Shown here one piece after another: positions 62,397 through 64,000 of a stretch of 64,000 nucleotides of DNA. The notes beneath the pieces were generated by a model that was given only the letters and a program-made list of their open reading frames with translations, was not told the origin of the DNA and made no database searches. The translations under genes were made by a program, and so were the position numbers. Source of the stretch: Lophium mytilinum (taxonomy: Eukaryota); NCBI GenBank assembly GCA_010093605.1, contig MU004181.1:1302001-1366000 (forward strand). Reading direction: 5' to 3'. How positions within the stretch are numbered: position 1 is the stretch's first letter; each line of letters begins with the position of its first letter.

Positions 62397-63150
62397 ATGG
62401 GCCGCGAACTCCAAAAGAAGAAGAACAAGTCTTCAATCTCCAAAGTCAAGAAGAAGCCAAAGTCGAAGAAGAAGGTCCTCCACAACCCCATCATCGCCGC
62501 AAACTGGTTCGTCCATTCCATACCTCCGACAAAACACCTAAAAACCTTTAACACCCCCCAGGAACTCCCATGAAACTCTCAATCAGAACTACCGCCGGCT
62601 AGGCCTCACAGCCCGCCTCAACCACGCCGCCGGCGGCGCCGATAACATACATAAACCCACGTCCTCCGAATTGACCTCGACTTCCTCAAAAGCCGCCGCG
62701 CCCCCATCCGACTCCCTACGCATGCCAGCGCCTTTAGCCAAGACCCTCACACCCCAAGATGCGCGCGTAGAGCGGGATCCCAAGACGGGCGCGATCCTGC
62801 GCGTCCTCGACGACCCCACCGCCCCGCGCAGGCCTAACCCGCTGAACGACCCGCTGAACGAGCTCGAGGAGGAGAACGAGGAGGAGGAGTGGAGCGGCTT
62901 CGCGCACGTGGCGTCTTCGGTTCCGGCGACTACGAGCGTGGTGCAGCAGCTTGAGGAAGCGGCGGCGAATGGACTGCGCAAGACGCCGCGGAAGCAGAGT
63001 ACTAGGGAGGAGGACTGGGTGGAGCGGTTAGTGGCGCGGCATGGGGACAATTATGCGGCTATGTTTAGGGATGGGAAGTTGAATCCCATGCAGCAGAGTG
63101 AGGGTGATATTAGGAAGAGGGTGAAGAAGTGGAGTGAGAAGCATGCGTGA
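62397..63150 (+). CDS. NOP16: Nucleolar ribosome-biogenesis protein Nop16, 2 exons
   Basis: MGRELQKKKNKSS...NPIIAANW|NSHETLNQNYRRLGL...RHGDNYAAMFRDGKLNPMQQSEGDI. Confidence 0.93.
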
Positions 63151-63723
63151 GGGAGTGGGGAGGAAGTGTGCTGTGTTCGGATACCCTTCTTTGAGGCTAT
63201 GTGAGGGAGGGTAGGCTACAGTGATGGGCGTTAGGCGTAATGATGGTCAAAGACTATGTAACAGATAGCTACCTGGAGATATACCTCTCGCGAGGAGAAG
63301 TTCCAGCACTTTCAAAGTAACAGACGTGCCTTCCACACTACATACACCTTCATTGCTTGTAGTGCCTCATTGTGTAGAAGGCAACTCGGGTCTAGTCCGC
63401 ATACACCTATTCGTCATTGCCTGACGCAACCCGGCAAGGAATCAGGTGTGTCAAAAGAATGAAAGTTTATTCACGTCAAAATTGACGCAGATGTCTCGAT
63501 TCACTTCAAACGATGCCGATATGGTGTCAGCAATCAAGGAGACAAGTAGAGCAGAAGTAACAGATCAGTACAATAGATATGCTGATTTATATACCAAGTT
63601 CGTCATTCTTACAATACATAACGCTAATTCATACAGATAATTACGAAGGAGTGGTCTAGTAGACATCGCAACCAAGGATTCAAAGCCGAAGCCGATCACT
63701 CGGCCACCATACCTATCCCCGCT

Positions 63724-64000
63724 TTAGTGCAACGGCGCACTCTCAAGCTCCTTATCACTCGCATCGTGCGAACCGTTCGAGGGGCTCACATGTGCGTTCT
63801 GCGGCGCCGTCAACTGAGCGCTCCTCTCCGGGTTTGTCGCCTCAATATCCCGCCTTGTCTTCTCGTCCATGAGCTCCAGAGGTGGTACTTCCCACTTGCT
63901 GCTCTGCCATGGCTTGACGCCCATAAGATACATGGTGTCGATCTCTTCGAGGGTTCTTCCTTGGCCTTCAATGACGAAGAAGTAGATGCCAATGCCAGCG
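63724..64000 (-). CDS. C-terminus of an MFS hexose/sugar transporter (gene starts beyond the right edge)
   Basis: AGIGIYFFVIEGQGRTLEEIDTMYLMGVKPWQSSKW, the typical post-TM12 sugar-porter tail. Confidence 0.85.
   Translation of the reverse strand, partial: AGIGIYFFVIEGQGRTLEEIDTMYLMGVKPWQSSKWEVPPLELMDEKTRRDIEATNPERSAQLTAPQNAHVSPSNGSHDASDKELESAPLH

Overview
Eukaryotic, intron-containing DNA from a filamentous ascomycete (Pezizomycotina, probably a Dothideomycete), with about 31 protein-coding loci. I found no rRNA, CRISPR array or intact transposon. The left third holds mixed metabolic, secreted and regulatory genes: a JEN1 transporter, an amidohydrolase, small secreted Cys-rich proteins, a GPI-anchored cupredoxin, a Zn2Cys6 transcription factor, an atypical Rho, an EamA transporter, an AKR7 reductase and a GMC oxidoreductase. 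A compact housekeeping block at 31.5-41.9 kb is rich in mitochondrial-translation genes (mL38, uL4m, mtIF3, MSE1, plus ATG16, CSN5, XDJ1). An accessory block follows (GH75 chitosanase, HET protein, GH10 xylanase), then RIB1, an MFS transporter, SSN3/CDK8, a CAP/PR-1 gene, a ZIP7/YKE4 transporter, NOP16 and a partial sugar transporter. The best candidate for an undescribed system is the secreted CAP/PR-1 protein at 58.4-59.7 kb. Its tail is an array of at least five repeats, each with an LxxR site followed by three X-Ala/X-Pro dipeptides and an invariant QDVWTHSAA core, which is the layout of a Kex2/Ste13-processed peptide precursor. Other highlights are a HET gene whose first exon resembles a LINE ORF1 N-terminus, a chitosanase with ATA in place of ATG, a PPxY membrane-protein gene with one internal stop, three GC-AG introns and a tRNA-like relic. 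All gene models were spliced by eye, and family calls come from motif recognition rather than database searches.
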